Shown here in pieces: positions 18,961 to 27,545 of a DNA stretch of 64,000 bases (positions within the stretch are counted from its first letter, which is position 1; the number at the start of each line of letters is the position of its first letter). A program made the position numbers and the translations under genes. Under the pieces are notes generated by a model. It was not told the DNA's origin and did not search any database. It saw only the letters and a program-made list of their open reading frames with translations. The stretch is taken from NCBI GenBank assembly GCA_964528395.1, contig CAZGTC010000005.1:80840-144839 (forward strand), read 5' to 3'. This stretch comes from an uncultured bacterium (lineage in GTDB: Bacteria; Margulisbacteria; WOR-1; CAZGTC01).

Positions 18961-20142
18961 ATGTACGGGATTACGTTAATTTCAGCTTTAAATGTTTTGT
19001 CTGTTCCCCAAAAAAAGGAAAAATCAAAAGACCAGGAGTCAGAAAGAAAAGCTCTTGAAAACAAGCTTTTAAATGGGACGCAAAAGGAAAAATTAGAAGC
19101 TGCGCGCAGGTTGGAGAGGATGCGCAATCCAGATTCAATTCCGGTTTTATTGAAAGCTCTGGAGGATGAAAAATTGGGGGTGCGGGCAGCGGCCGCAAGG
19201 GCTTTGGGGAATTTTGACAATTGCGATAATCGGATTACCGCGGCTTTAATGCGTTTGATCAAAAACAAATCTGAACTTGAAAAAGTAAAAGTAAAAGTAG
19301 AGGCGATTCGTTCTTTGGGGCAAGTGCTCTCGGTAATTATTCCGATTAACCAATTAGTTAAAAAGAACCCGAGCTATAAGCTTTATGGCCAGGCAAAAAA
19401 AATATTAGAAGCTTGCCGGGCGAATGTTTTTACCCAAGCGGTCCAGGTTTTGACTCGGGCGTTTAAGGGAACGCCTTGTTTAACCAATGTTTATTTGGTA
19501 GGGGCTTTGGCGATGATTGATGATAGGGGAACCCCGGCCTTAATAAATGTTTTTCGCCTGGGAAATGACGAGATAAAAAAACATATTGCTTATGCGGTGA
19601 TTAGGCTTCTTGGCCAGGAAAAAGTTGCCGAAGCTACCAGATTTTCTTTGCGCCAAGAAGATTTTTTTAATAAATTAACACCAGGGGAAAAAGAATATTT
19701 TATTAATGCCGCGAAAGCTATCATCTCAAATGATTATGATAAAGACATCCGATTGCTTCATCTGCCTTTGTTGATTAGCAAATATTTGGCAGGGAGGAAC
19801 AAAAAATACCTTGATTTGATAAAGACGCTGGGTAATATTATCCCGCCGAAGACTAAAAAATACGGTAATAAATTGGGAGATTATCTTGTTATTGAAATGA
19901 AAAAAGGCCAGGCCAAAATTATCTTAGAAATTTTAAATAATGAATTGACTCCAGAAAGACTCACATTAATTAAAGCAGAAAAAACAAAAAAAATTGCCCG
20001 ACTACTTATTTATAGTAGAGAAAAAGATTCCTTGCTGCAAAAAAGAAGAGAAGCTTATCAAAGAATAATATGCAAGTTAAAAAACCAGGAATCTTCTTTA
20101 TGTATGCAGAATTATTCTTTCCCATTGTCGGGTATAAATTAG
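18961..20142 (+). CDS. HEAT-repeat protein, partial paralog of 7226-10399
   Basis: IPVLLKALEDEKLGVRAAAARALG; shared KNPxYK...GALAMI.D...VFR...KHIA segment. Confidence 0.85.
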   Translation: MYGITLISALNVLSVPQKKEKSKDQESERKALENKLLNGTQKEKLEAARRLERMRNPDSIPVLLKALEDEKLGVRAAAARALGNFDNCDNRITAALMRLIKNKSELEKVKVKVEAIRSLGQVLSVIIPINQLVKKNPSYKLYGQAKKILEACRANVFTQAVQVLTRAFKGTPCLTNVYLVGALAMIDDRGTPALINVFRLGNDEIKKHIAYAVIRLLGQEKVAEATRFSLRQEDFFNKLTPGEKEYFINAAKAIISNDYDKDIRLLHLPLLISKYLAGRNKKYLDLIKTLGNIIPPKTKKYGNKLGDYLVIEMKKGQAKIILEILNNELTPERLTLIKAEKTKKIARLLIYSREKDSLLQKRREAYQRIICKLKNQESSLCMQNYSFPLSGIN

Positions 20143-20158
20143 AGATAGGTAAATATTT

Positions 20159-20815
20159 ATGTATGGAATTTCATTGTTAGCAGGGTACAATTTTTTACTT
20201 TCTGCAGGTAAAAAAGGAAGAGTACTTGAAAAAAGGTGTGTGCGATTAGTTCGTAGGATAGAAAAGAAAAAAAATTTACAGCAACAAGCTGAATTAAAAA
20301 AATGTCAAAATAAACTTAAAGCAGCATCTCATAAAGCAGCGGTAAATCTTGAATTTGAGTCTCAAGAAAGAATAAACCGTATTATTAAAAGGATTGAAAT
20401 CCTTCTAAAAAGAAAAGTAGTTTCACCGCCGTCGCCACCACCACCACCACCTCCTCCTCCTCCTCCTCCTCCTCGACAAGAACCGCGACCAGTTTCACAG
20501 CCTCGACCGGTTGTGCCTACGAGACCGCTGCCAACCGTTGTATGGAAATGTAAATTAGAAGGAACGCCTGAACCTTTTCTGGTTGAATGGGGCGCATGGG
20601 AGAAAAATATTTTGAATATATTTTATTCCGGGCATCCCCAGCAAGCAATTTGCCGCCAGCGTTTAATTAAGCAAAACCAGTCAGTTTTTGATTGGTATAA
20701 ATCGAATACTCTGAAAAGAACAATTTACGGATGGTTTTTGCGCGGGGTTATTATTTCTGTTCCTCCTGAATGTAAATGCTGGAGTATTCCCATTCCTTCA
20801 CCAACTGCCAAGTAA
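20159..20815 (+). CDS. orphan protein: basic coiled coil, polyproline linker, YSGHPQ domain
   Basis: 13 consecutive Pro; C-terminal domain homologous to 11775-12314. Confidence 0.8.
   Translation: MYGISLLAGYNFLLSAGKKGRVLEKRCVRLVRRIEKKKNLQQQAELKKCQNKLKAASHKAAVNLEFESQERINRIIKRIEILLKRKVVSPPSPPPPPPPPPPPPPRQEPRPVSQPRPVVPTRPLPTVVWKCKLEGTPEPFLVEWGAWEKNILNIFYSGHPQQAICRQRLIKQNQSVFDWYKSNTLKRTIYGWFLRGVIISVPPECKCWSIPIPSPTAK
20435..20473 (+). repeat. (CCA)5(CCT)8 trinucleotide repeat encoding polyproline
   Basis: Directly visible. Confidence 0.9.
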
Positions 20816-20927
20816 AGGCTGCAGCGTATGTTATGATTTGGTTTGGCCCCAAAACCGTTAAAAAAATATTTTTTAAAAAATGAAATTTTTATTTTTTTTT
20901 AAGGATGATTCTTATAGATGGTTCTAG

Positions 20928-20982
20928 AAGCCACAATTATCAAGTTCTTAAGAAGAACGTATATGATTGTGGCTTTTTGTTT
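20928..20982 (+). terminator. long hairpin plus U-tract (terminator or attenuator)
   Basis: AAGCCACAAT...ATTGTGGCTT outer stem, GTTCTT/AAGAAC inner stem, followed by TTTGTTT. Confidence 0.6.
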
Positions 20983-21015
20983 ATATGGTGAACAAATAAA
21001 AAAAGGAGGTTTTTT

Positions 21016-22857
21016 ATGTCTAGTATAAGTTTATTGTCTTGGCAGGGATATGTGTTTGGACAGGCAGGGTGTAATCCGCCCCAAAAACCGGATGAGGGAA
21101 AACAGTATATTGATGATTTAGGAAGTAAAGACCCGAAAAATGGTTGGAGAATTAGGTTAAGAGCTGAAGAGGGGGTATTGCGAGTATTAAGATCAATTAT
21201 TGGAGGAGAAAAACGGGTTAATATTATTAATGAGCTTTTGAAAAATTTAGCGAGCGGAGATTATGAAAAGCGAAAAGCAATTATTCGGATTTTAGTTATT
21301 TTACTAAGATCTGAAAAATCTGACTCTTCTTTATTTTCCGAACCCTCTTTACGTCAACGGATTGCGGATGCTTTTATACGGATATTTGACCAAAGTGCAT
21401 GGGGAATTAAGGAATTGCTCGTTTCAGGGCTTTCTGCTTTAGTAAAAAGGGGACTCCCTGAAGAGTTGAATTCTAAGATTTTCTTTTTACTCATAGCTTC
21501 AGCTAAAAGTAATAATTGGAGAATAAGAGCAGCTTCTTTTGAGAATTTAGGCAGTCTTTTTAAATCTGGTTTGATCACCTTAAATCTGCAAAAGCAAATT
21601 GAAGCTAAAAAAAACGAAGTTATACCAGCGCTAATAGCAGTAATAAAAGGCTCACATAGTGATGGAGTTGTTAAGCTTATAGTAGCTAAACTATTAATTA
21701 AATTAGGTGCTAGAAAACAAACCATTTCAGTTTTGATGGCAGCCTTGGAGGATAATAATAGTAGCGTCAGACAAACAGCAGCAGAGGCATTAAGAGAATT
21801 AAAAGTCAAAGAAGCCATCTCATCCTTTTTTAAACATAGTAAGTATGGTAGAAGGAGAAATAGAGTAGCAAAGTTCTTAGAAAACTTAAGAGAATTAAAA
21901 ATTAGAGAAGCCATCCCAGCATTAATCGCAGCTTTGAATAATCCGGAATGGGTTGTTAGAAAAGCAGCCGCAGAGGCATTAGGAAAATTAAAGGCCAGAG
22001 AAGCCATTCCAGCTTTGATAGCAGCTTTAAAAGATAATGATAGTGATGTTAGACAAGTAGCAGCAAAGGCCTTAGGAGAATTAAACGCCCAAGAAGCTAT
22101 TCCGGCTTTAATAACAGCTTTAAAGGATAACGATGCATGGGTCAGAGTAGCAACAGCAGTGGCATTAAGAAAATTAAAAGCCAGGGAAGCAATTCCAGCA
22201 TTAATAGCGGCTTTGAAGGATAGTTATAAATATGTCGGATTACAAGCAGCAAAAGCCTTAAGAGAGTTAAAAGCCAGGGAAGCAATTCCAGCATTAATCG
22301 CAGCTTTGAAAGATAATGATAATAATGGTGTCAGATATATGGCAACAAAGGCCTTAGGAGAATTAAAAGTCAGGGAAGCTATTCCAGCATTGATAGTAGC
22401 TTTGAGGGATAGTTATATATATGTTAGGGGTGCAGCAGCAGAGGCCTTAGGAGAATTAAAAGTCAGGGAAGCTATTCCAGCATTAATAACAGCTTTGGAG
22501 AAAGATAATAATAGTGGTGTCAGATATATGGCAACAAAGGCCTTAGGAAAATTAAACGTCCAAGAAGCTATTTCAGCATTAATCGCAGCTTTAAAAGATA
22601 ATGATAGTGATGTTAGACAAGCAGCAGCAAAGGCCTTAGGAGAATTAAAAGCCAGAGAAGCTATTCCGGCTTTAATAACAGCTTTGGAGAAAGATAATAA
22701 TAGTGGTGTTAGACAAGCAACAGCAGAAGCATTAGGGAAATTAAAAGCCCAAGAAGCTATTCCAGCATTAAGCGCAGCTTTGGAAGATAAAGATAATAAT
22801 TGGCAGATCAAATGGGCAGCACTAGAGGCGCTTAGGGAGATAAGAGCAGCGCGGTAA
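21016..22857 (+). CDS. tandem PBS-lyase-type HEAT-repeat protein
   Basis: Ten near-identical 31-32 aa repeats EAIPALIAALKD...VR..AA.ALG.LK.R plus degenerate N-terminal repeats; RBS AAGGAGG. Confidence 0.92.
   Translation: MSSISLLSWQGYVFGQAGCNPPQKPDEGKQYIDDLGSKDPKNGWRIRLRAEEGVLRVLRSIIGGEKRVNIINELLKNLASGDYEKRKAIIRILVILLRSEKSDSSLFSEPSLRQRIADAFIRIFDQSAWGIKELLVSGLSALVKRGLPEELNSKIFFLLIASAKSNNWRIRAASFENLGSLFKSGLITLNLQKQIEAKKNEVIPALIAVIKGSHSDGVVKLIVAKLLIKLGARKQTISVLMAALEDNNSSVRQTAAEALRELKVKEAISSFFKHSKYGRRRNRVAKFLENLRELKIREAIPALIAALNNPEWVVRKAAAEALGKLKAREAIPALIAALKDNDSDVRQVAAKALGELNAQEAIPALITALKDNDAWVRVATAVALRKLKAREAIPALIAALKDSYKYVGLQAAKALRELKAREAIPALIAALKDNDNNGVRYMATKALGELKVREAIPALIVALRDSYIYVRGAAAEALGELKVREAIPALITALEKDNNSGVRYMATKALGKLNVQEAISALIAALKDNDSDVRQAAAKALGELKAREAIPALITALEKDNNSGVRQATAEALGKLKAQEAIPALSAALEDKDNNWQIKWAALEALREIRAAR
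21907..22854 (+). repeat. intragenic 93-96 bp tandem repeat array
   Basis: Recurrent GAAGC(T/C/A)ATTCCAGCATTAAT...GCTTT...GGCCTTAGGAGAATTAAA units. Confidence 0.9.
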
Positions 22858-22861
22858 ACAA

Positions 22862-23722
22862 TTAAAGATTGTTAAAAAGGGTTTGCCTCATAATATCAAG
22901 GGGAGCGTTTTCCCCTGTAAAAATCGTAAAAGCCAAGGCGCCTTGACGAACCAGCATTTCCGCGCCGTTCATGGTTTTTGCCCCAGCTTTTTTCGCTTTT
23001 TGTAATAGCTGGGTTTCTGCCGGGGTATAAATAAGGTCATAAACCAGAATATTTTCCGGAATTTTTATTTTTTCATCCAGCGGGCAAGCCTTAATTTTTG
23101 GATGCATGCCAATGGGAGTAGCATTGATGAGCAACTGGCAATCTTTGATAGCTTTGGCAAGTTTTTCGTCTTTTGGAGGGCAAGCAGAAACTTTGACATC
23201 AAAATTATTACTCAAATGTTCAACCAGGCTTTGGGCTTTTTCTTGGTCAATATCGCAAATGAGCAGGCTTTTAGCTTTTTCTTTTGCCAGCATGATGCTG
23301 ACGGCCTTGGCAGCCCCGCCCGCACCCAAAAGCACGCAATCTTTTCCCTTTGGATCAAAATGAGCTTCTTGTTTGAGAGAATCTAAAAATCCCGAGCCAT
23401 CGGTATTATAGCCAATTAATTTTCCCTCGCGGTTTTCAATGGTATTAACTGCGCCAATAAGTTCCGCCAGTTCTGTAATATCATCCAGGAGCGGCAGGAC
23501 ATTTTCTTTGTGCGGAATCGTGACATTTACCCCGGCCATATTTGAAGTGCGGATTTCATCCATGGTTTTTGGAAGGTCTTCGGCTTCTATTTTCATGGGG
23601 ATATAAACATAGTCCAAATTCAAGGCCTTATAAGCAGCATTGTGCATGATGGGTGAAAGGCTATGTTCAATCGGGTTGCCAATTATGCCAACCACTTTGG
23701 TTGTCCCGCTAATCGGTTTCAT
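22862..23722 (-). CDS. aroE: shikimate dehydrogenase
   Basis: HSLSPIMHN, NVTIPHK, GAVNT, NTDGSGF, GAGGAA; start reassigned to MKPISG (23722). Confidence 0.95.
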   Translation of the reverse strand: MKPISGTTKVVGIIGNPIEHSLSPIMHNAAYKALNLDYVYIPMKIEAEDLPKTMDEIRTSNMAGVNVTIPHKENVLPLLDDITELAELIGAVNTIENREGKLIGYNTDGSGFLDSLKQEAHFDPKGKDCVLLGAGGAAKAVSIMLAKEKAKSLLICDIDQEKAQSLVEHLSNNFDVKVSACPPKDEKLAKAIKDCQLLINATPIGMHPKIKACPLDEKIKIPENILVYDLIYTPAETQLLQKAKKAGAKTMNGAEMLVRQGALAFTIFTGENAPLDIMRQTLFNNL

Positions 23723-23745
23723 AATGGCCAAAGTATAGCAAAAAA

Positions 23746-23865
23746 CCCTCACCCTAACTATTAAATATATGATTACTGTTTTTTAGGCATCCCTCTCCCG
23801 CGCTAAAGCTGGGAGAGGGACATATTTTGAATAAATAAGCATATAAAAAATAATTAGGGTGAGGG
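23746..23865. repeat. nested REP-like palindrome CCCTCACCCT...TCCCTCTCCC/GGGAGAGGGA...AGGGTGAGGG
   Basis: Inner stem 23790-23820, outer arms 23746-23757 and 23854-23865; partial second copy at 47769-47832. Confidence 0.75.
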
Positions 23866-23925
23866 ATATAATTCGTTTATGATATAATTGTCCTCTCAAA
23901 AAGAAATACAAGGAGGAATGTAGAA

Positions 23926-25158
23926 ATGCCCAAAGTGTATATTATAGATGTCACTAATCGCGATGGAGTACAAACATCCCGCATCAGTCTCGCAAAGTTG
24001 GAGAAAACCATTATAAATATGTATTTGAATGAAATGGGGGTTTTTCAGTCGGAATTCGGGTTCCCATTTACACATCATGAAAAAAATTATATTAATGCTA
24101 ATTTGGAATTAGCTGAACTGGGATTTTTAAAGCCCATCCGCCTCGAGGGCTGGCTAAGGGCGCTCAAAAAAGATGTTGACCTGGCTTATGAACTTTCTCC
24201 CAAAATCAAACATCTAAATCTTTCTATTTCTACGTCGGATCTAATGCTTGAGCTCAAATTCCAGGGCAAAATAGACCATAAGCAAGTTATCCAGTCCATG
24301 CAGGAAGCGGTCAAAACTGCTTATGCCAAAGGCGCAGAAACTGTTGGGGTAAACGCAGAAGATGCTTCCCGCACTCGGCTTGAATTTTTGATTGAGTTTG
24401 CCCAGGCCGCCAAAGAAGCTGGAGCAAAAAGAGTGCGCTATTGCGATACCTTGGGAACGGACGAGCCTCTCACGATTTACGAAAGGATGAAAACCTTGGC
24501 GCAAAAAGCTGCAATTCCATTAGAGATGCATTGCCACAATGATCTGGGCATGGGAGTAGCTTGTTCAGTTGCTGGAGCTAAAGGAATTATTGATGGCGGG
24601 CAAGATGCTTATATCAATACTACAATTAATGCTGTAGGGGAGCGGGCGGGGAACGCAGATCTGCTTTCAGTTTTGCTGGCGTTAAAATACGCGCAAGGCT
24701 TTAAAGATAAAAATTTATTCCCTGAAAACATAAAACTAAATAAAATTTGGGCTTTTGCCAAGTATGCTTCTTATGCTTTTGGCATTCCGCTTCCCATGAA
24801 CCAGGTTGGGGTGGGGGCAAATGCTTTTGCGCATGAGTCCGGCATCCATGCGGACGGAGCTTTAAAAAACCGCCGCAATTATGAATTATACGATTACGAA
24901 GAACTTGGCCGCGGCGAGCCGGAATTAGTAGATACTGGCCGCATGATAACCGTGGGTGAATATTCCGGAATCAAGGGCTTCCAAAATGTTTTTGGGAAAT
25001 TGGAAGTGGAATTCAAAGATGATAAAGAAGCTACAAAAGTCTTGGAACTCGTGCGCTATGCCAATGTGCATACACAGAAGCCTTTAACCCGCGAAGAGTT
25101 GATTTTTATTGCCAAATATCCAGAACAAGCGCGCCAGATTATGACCGTTACTCCATAA
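23926..25158 (+). CDS. DRE-TIM metallolyase, homocitrate synthase/Re-citrate synthase-like
   Basis: DVTNRDGVQ, EDASRT, CDTLG, HCHNDLG, GERAGNA, FAHESGIHADG. Confidence 0.85.
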   Translation: MPKVYIIDVTNRDGVQTSRISLAKLEKTIINMYLNEMGVFQSEFGFPFTHHEKNYINANLELAELGFLKPIRLEGWLRALKKDVDLAYELSPKIKHLNLSISTSDLMLELKFQGKIDHKQVIQSMQEAVKTAYAKGAETVGVNAEDASRTRLEFLIEFAQAAKEAGAKRVRYCDTLGTDEPLTIYERMKTLAQKAAIPLEMHCHNDLGMGVACSVAGAKGIIDGGQDAYINTTINAVGERAGNADLLSVLLALKYAQGFKDKNLFPENIKLNKIWAFAKYASYAFGIPLPMNQVGVGANAFAHESGIHADGALKNRRNYELYDYEELGRGEPELVDTGRMITVGEYSGIKGFQNVFGKLEVEFKDDKEATKVLELVRYANVHTQKPLTREELIFIAKYPEQARQIMTVTP

Positions 25159-25168
25159 GGAGGCAAAA

Positions 25169-25633
25169 ATGTCTAAGCCGAAGGTTTTAATTATCATGGG
25201 GTCAGGTTCGGATATGGAAGTTATGCAAAAGGCGGTAGATTTACTTAAGGACTTCGGGATTGTTTCTCGCGTTGAAGTTGCTTCTGCGCACCGTACTCCC
25301 CAAAAAGTTTTATCCCTGGTCAAATCCGCGGAAAAAGACTGCGATGCAATTATTGCTGGGGCGGGTATGGCTGCGCATTTGCCCGGGGTGGTGGCTGCTT
25401 ATACGGTTTTGCCGGTAATTGGCGTGCCGCTTGAGTCAAAAGCTTTGGCAGGGTTTGATGCCTTGTATTCTATTGTGCAAATGCCTCCAGGAGTTCCGGT
25501 TGCTTGTGTTGCCATTGGCGGAGCAAAAAATGCCGCGATCCTGGCAGCGCAAATACTTTCTTTGAAATATCCCCAAATTAAATCGCAGCTAAAAAAACTG
25601 AAGCAGGAAATGGCCAAGGGTAAAAAAATATAG
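25169..25633 (+). CDS. purE: N5-carboxyaminoimidazole ribonucleotide mutase
   Basis: IMGSGSD, SAHRTP, AGAGMAAHLPG, SIVQMPPGVPVA. Confidence 0.97.
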   Translation: MSKPKVLIIMGSGSDMEVMQKAVDLLKDFGIVSRVEVASAHRTPQKVLSLVKSAEKDCDAIIAGAGMAAHLPGVVAAYTVLPVIGVPLESKALAGFDALYSIVQMPPGVPVACVAIGGAKNAAILAAQILSLKYPQIKSQLKKLKQEMAKGKKI

Positions 25634-25645
25634 CAGGGTTTTTTT

Positions 25646-26266
25646 ATGATTAGCTTGATTGATATCTTTGCTTTGGTTTTTGGGGCCTTTTTGGTCTTGC
25701 GTTCTGCCAAAGAAGGCACGCTCAAGGCTTTTTTGGATGTAGTTTTGGTCTGTGCTTCTATTTTTATCTCTTCTTATATTGCTGAATCCGTGGTTTCTTA
25801 TCGGGCTAGCATGGATTATGCGGATCGTTTTGGCTATGTAATTGCTTTTGTAGCTCTCTGGTTTATTGCTTATTTTCTTTTGCAGTTTTTGGTTTCTATA
25901 TTGTTAAAATTGGTGCAGGTTACTTTTATGGGGCCGGTAGATATGGTGGGAGCCGTGGTATTTGGGTTTATTAAGGCAATTTTTATCTTGGCGTTGATCT
26001 TGCGCCTATGCGTTTTAGCGCCTATTGATGGCGGTTTTAAGGAGTCAATCAATAGTTCTTATGTCCAGAAATTTTCCATCCCTCTTTTGCAGACTTCCTA
26101 CCAGTACTGCTTCCAAAAATTTCCGAGCATTAAATTCTTTTTGGATAATAGCGCTAATCCCCAGCCGGAAAACAAAGAAAATTTAATGGATAAGATCCCG
26201 GATAATCTCAAACAAATACCCGAGAACCTGGTTAAGCAAGCTGAACAGTTGAAAAAAGGCCTATGA
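25646..26266 (+). CDS. CvpA family (colicin V production) membrane protein
   Basis: Four hydrophobic segments, D..GAVVFGFIKA motif, purine-gene context. Confidence 0.7.
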   Translation: MISLIDIFALVFGAFLVLRSAKEGTLKAFLDVVLVCASIFISSYIAESVVSYRASMDYADRFGYVIAFVALWFIAYFLLQFLVSILLKLVQVTFMGPVDMVGAVVFGFIKAIFILALILRLCVLAPIDGGFKESINSSYVQKFSIPLLQTSYQYCFQKFPSIKFFLDNSANPQPENKENLMDKIPDNLKQIPENLVKQAEQLKKGL

Positions 26267-27411
26267 AGTATATTGTTTTTATTGGCGATGGCATGGCAGA
26301 TGAGCCAATTAAAAAATTGGGCAATAAAACCCCCCTGGAAAAAGCCCGCACCCCCCACCTTGATTTTTTAGTTAAAAACGGTAGGGCAGGCATGGTGAGC
26401 AATGTTCCTTGCGGCTTGAAGCCTGGATCGGATGTTGCTATTATGTCAATTATGGGCTATGACCCGCGCAAATATTATGCTGGCCGCGGGCCCATTGAAG
26501 CAGAAGCCATGGGGTTGAAGCTGGATAAGGATGAGGTAGTTTTTCGCTGCAATTTGGTGCGGGTTGAAAATGGCTATATGAAGGATTTTACCGCCGGGCA
26601 TATAAAAACTGAAGAAGCGCGCAAAATCATATATTTTTTAAACCAAAATTTAGAAGACAAAACCATTAAATTTTATCCCGGAGTCAGCTACCGACATCTG
26701 ATGGCTTACAAAAAAGGGCCTTGGAAAATAGAAACAACTGCTCCGCATGATATTACAGGAAAAAATATCGAGCCTTATTTGCCGCAGGGAAAAGGCAGCG
26801 AAAAAATTCGGGCTTTAATGCAGGAATCTGTGTTGTTGTTGAGCAAAGCCCATTATTTTCCCAATATGATTTGGCTGTGGGGCCAAGGCAAAAAAAGAAC
26901 ATTGCCTTCTTTTAAAAAGCGCTTTGGGCTAAAAGGCGCCATGATTACAGCAGTTGATTTGCTCAAGGGCATGGCCCAAACCCTTGGCATGGATGTAATT
27001 AATATTGAGGGCGCAACGGGATTTTTGGATACAAATTATAAAGGCAAGGCTGAGGCTGCACTCAATGCCTTGCAAAAATACGATATTGTTTTTGTGCATG
27101 TGGAAGCACCTGATGAAGCCGGGCATATGGGCAAAGCCAAATTAAAAATCCGCGCCATTGAAGATTTTGATAAAAAAGTCGTGGGCCATGTTTTAAAAAG
27201 CTTGCCTAAGGGCGTGCGCGTACTAGTTTTGCCCGACCACCCCACTCCTATTGCAAAAATGACTCATACGGCAGATGCGGTGCCGTTTGTGATGTGGGGG
27301 GAGGGGATTTCCCCGGGCAAAGCCCAGTTTTTTTCAGAAAAATCTATCAGCCGCTGGACTTCAAAAATTACTTTTGGCCATGATTTGATCAATAAATTTA
27401 TTAAAGATTAA
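26263..27411 (+). CDS. apgM: cofactor-independent phosphoglycerate mutase (ApgM type)
   Basis: IGDGMAD, PGSDVA, GRGPIEA, HVEAPDEAGH, PDHPTP, HTADAVPF. Confidence 0.9.
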   Translation: MKYIVFIGDGMADEPIKKLGNKTPLEKARTPHLDFLVKNGRAGMVSNVPCGLKPGSDVAIMSIMGYDPRKYYAGRGPIEAEAMGLKLDKDEVVFRCNLVRVENGYMKDFTAGHIKTEEARKIIYFLNQNLEDKTIKFYPGVSYRHLMAYKKGPWKIETTAPHDITGKNIEPYLPQGKGSEKIRALMQESVLLLSKAHYFPNMIWLWGQGKKRTLPSFKKRFGLKGAMITAVDLLKGMAQTLGMDVINIEGATGFLDTNYKGKAEAALNALQKYDIVFVHVEAPDEAGHMGKAKLKIRAIEDFDKKVVGHVLKSLPKGVRVLVLPDHPTPIAKMTHTADAVPFVMWGEGISPGKAQFFSEKSISRWTSKITFGHDLINKFIKD

Positions 27412-27422
27412 CCCTTTTCTCA

Positions 27423-27455
27423 ATACTTGACCAATTTACTCAACTATTATATAAT
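27423..27455 (+). promoter_or_regulatory. sigma70 promoter overlapped by IscR/Rrf2-type operator
   Basis: TTGACC (27427-32)-17 bp-TATAAT (27450-55); ATACTTGACCAATTTACTCAACTAT resembles the IscR type-1 site. Confidence 0.8.
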
Positions 27456-27465
27456 CCTCTTAATT

Positions 27466-27529
27466 AACACGAGACTGAACGTCTCGGTTTCCTAATTGTT
27501 TTGGATACCGCGGCGTTTAGCCGCAGGTT
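27466..27529. repeat. inverted REP-like doublet (family A)
   Basis: CGAGACTGAACGTCTCG and CCGCGGCGTTTAGCCGCAGG hairpins; related doublet at 33785-33845. Confidence 0.6.
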
Positions 27530-27545
27530 TAATAGGTTTAAATCT

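Noticed and set aside
21354-22811. Long antisense ORFs over the HEAT array (also 4323-4877 and 14427-14954)
   Set aside because: Shadow frames of repetitive or biased-codon genes; no RBS or motifs.
21907-22854. Diversity-generating retroelement TR/VR pair
   Set aside because: No reverse transcriptase in the window; differences are not adenine-specific; it is a tandem array.
23746-23865. CRISPR-like repeat/34-nt spacer pattern
   Set aside because: Arms are inverted rather than direct repeats, there are only two inserts, and no cas genes are present.
23926-25158. nifV and nifS/nifU as evidence of nitrogen fixation
   Set aside because: No nitrogenase genes; these are general metabolic and Fe-S assembly homologs.
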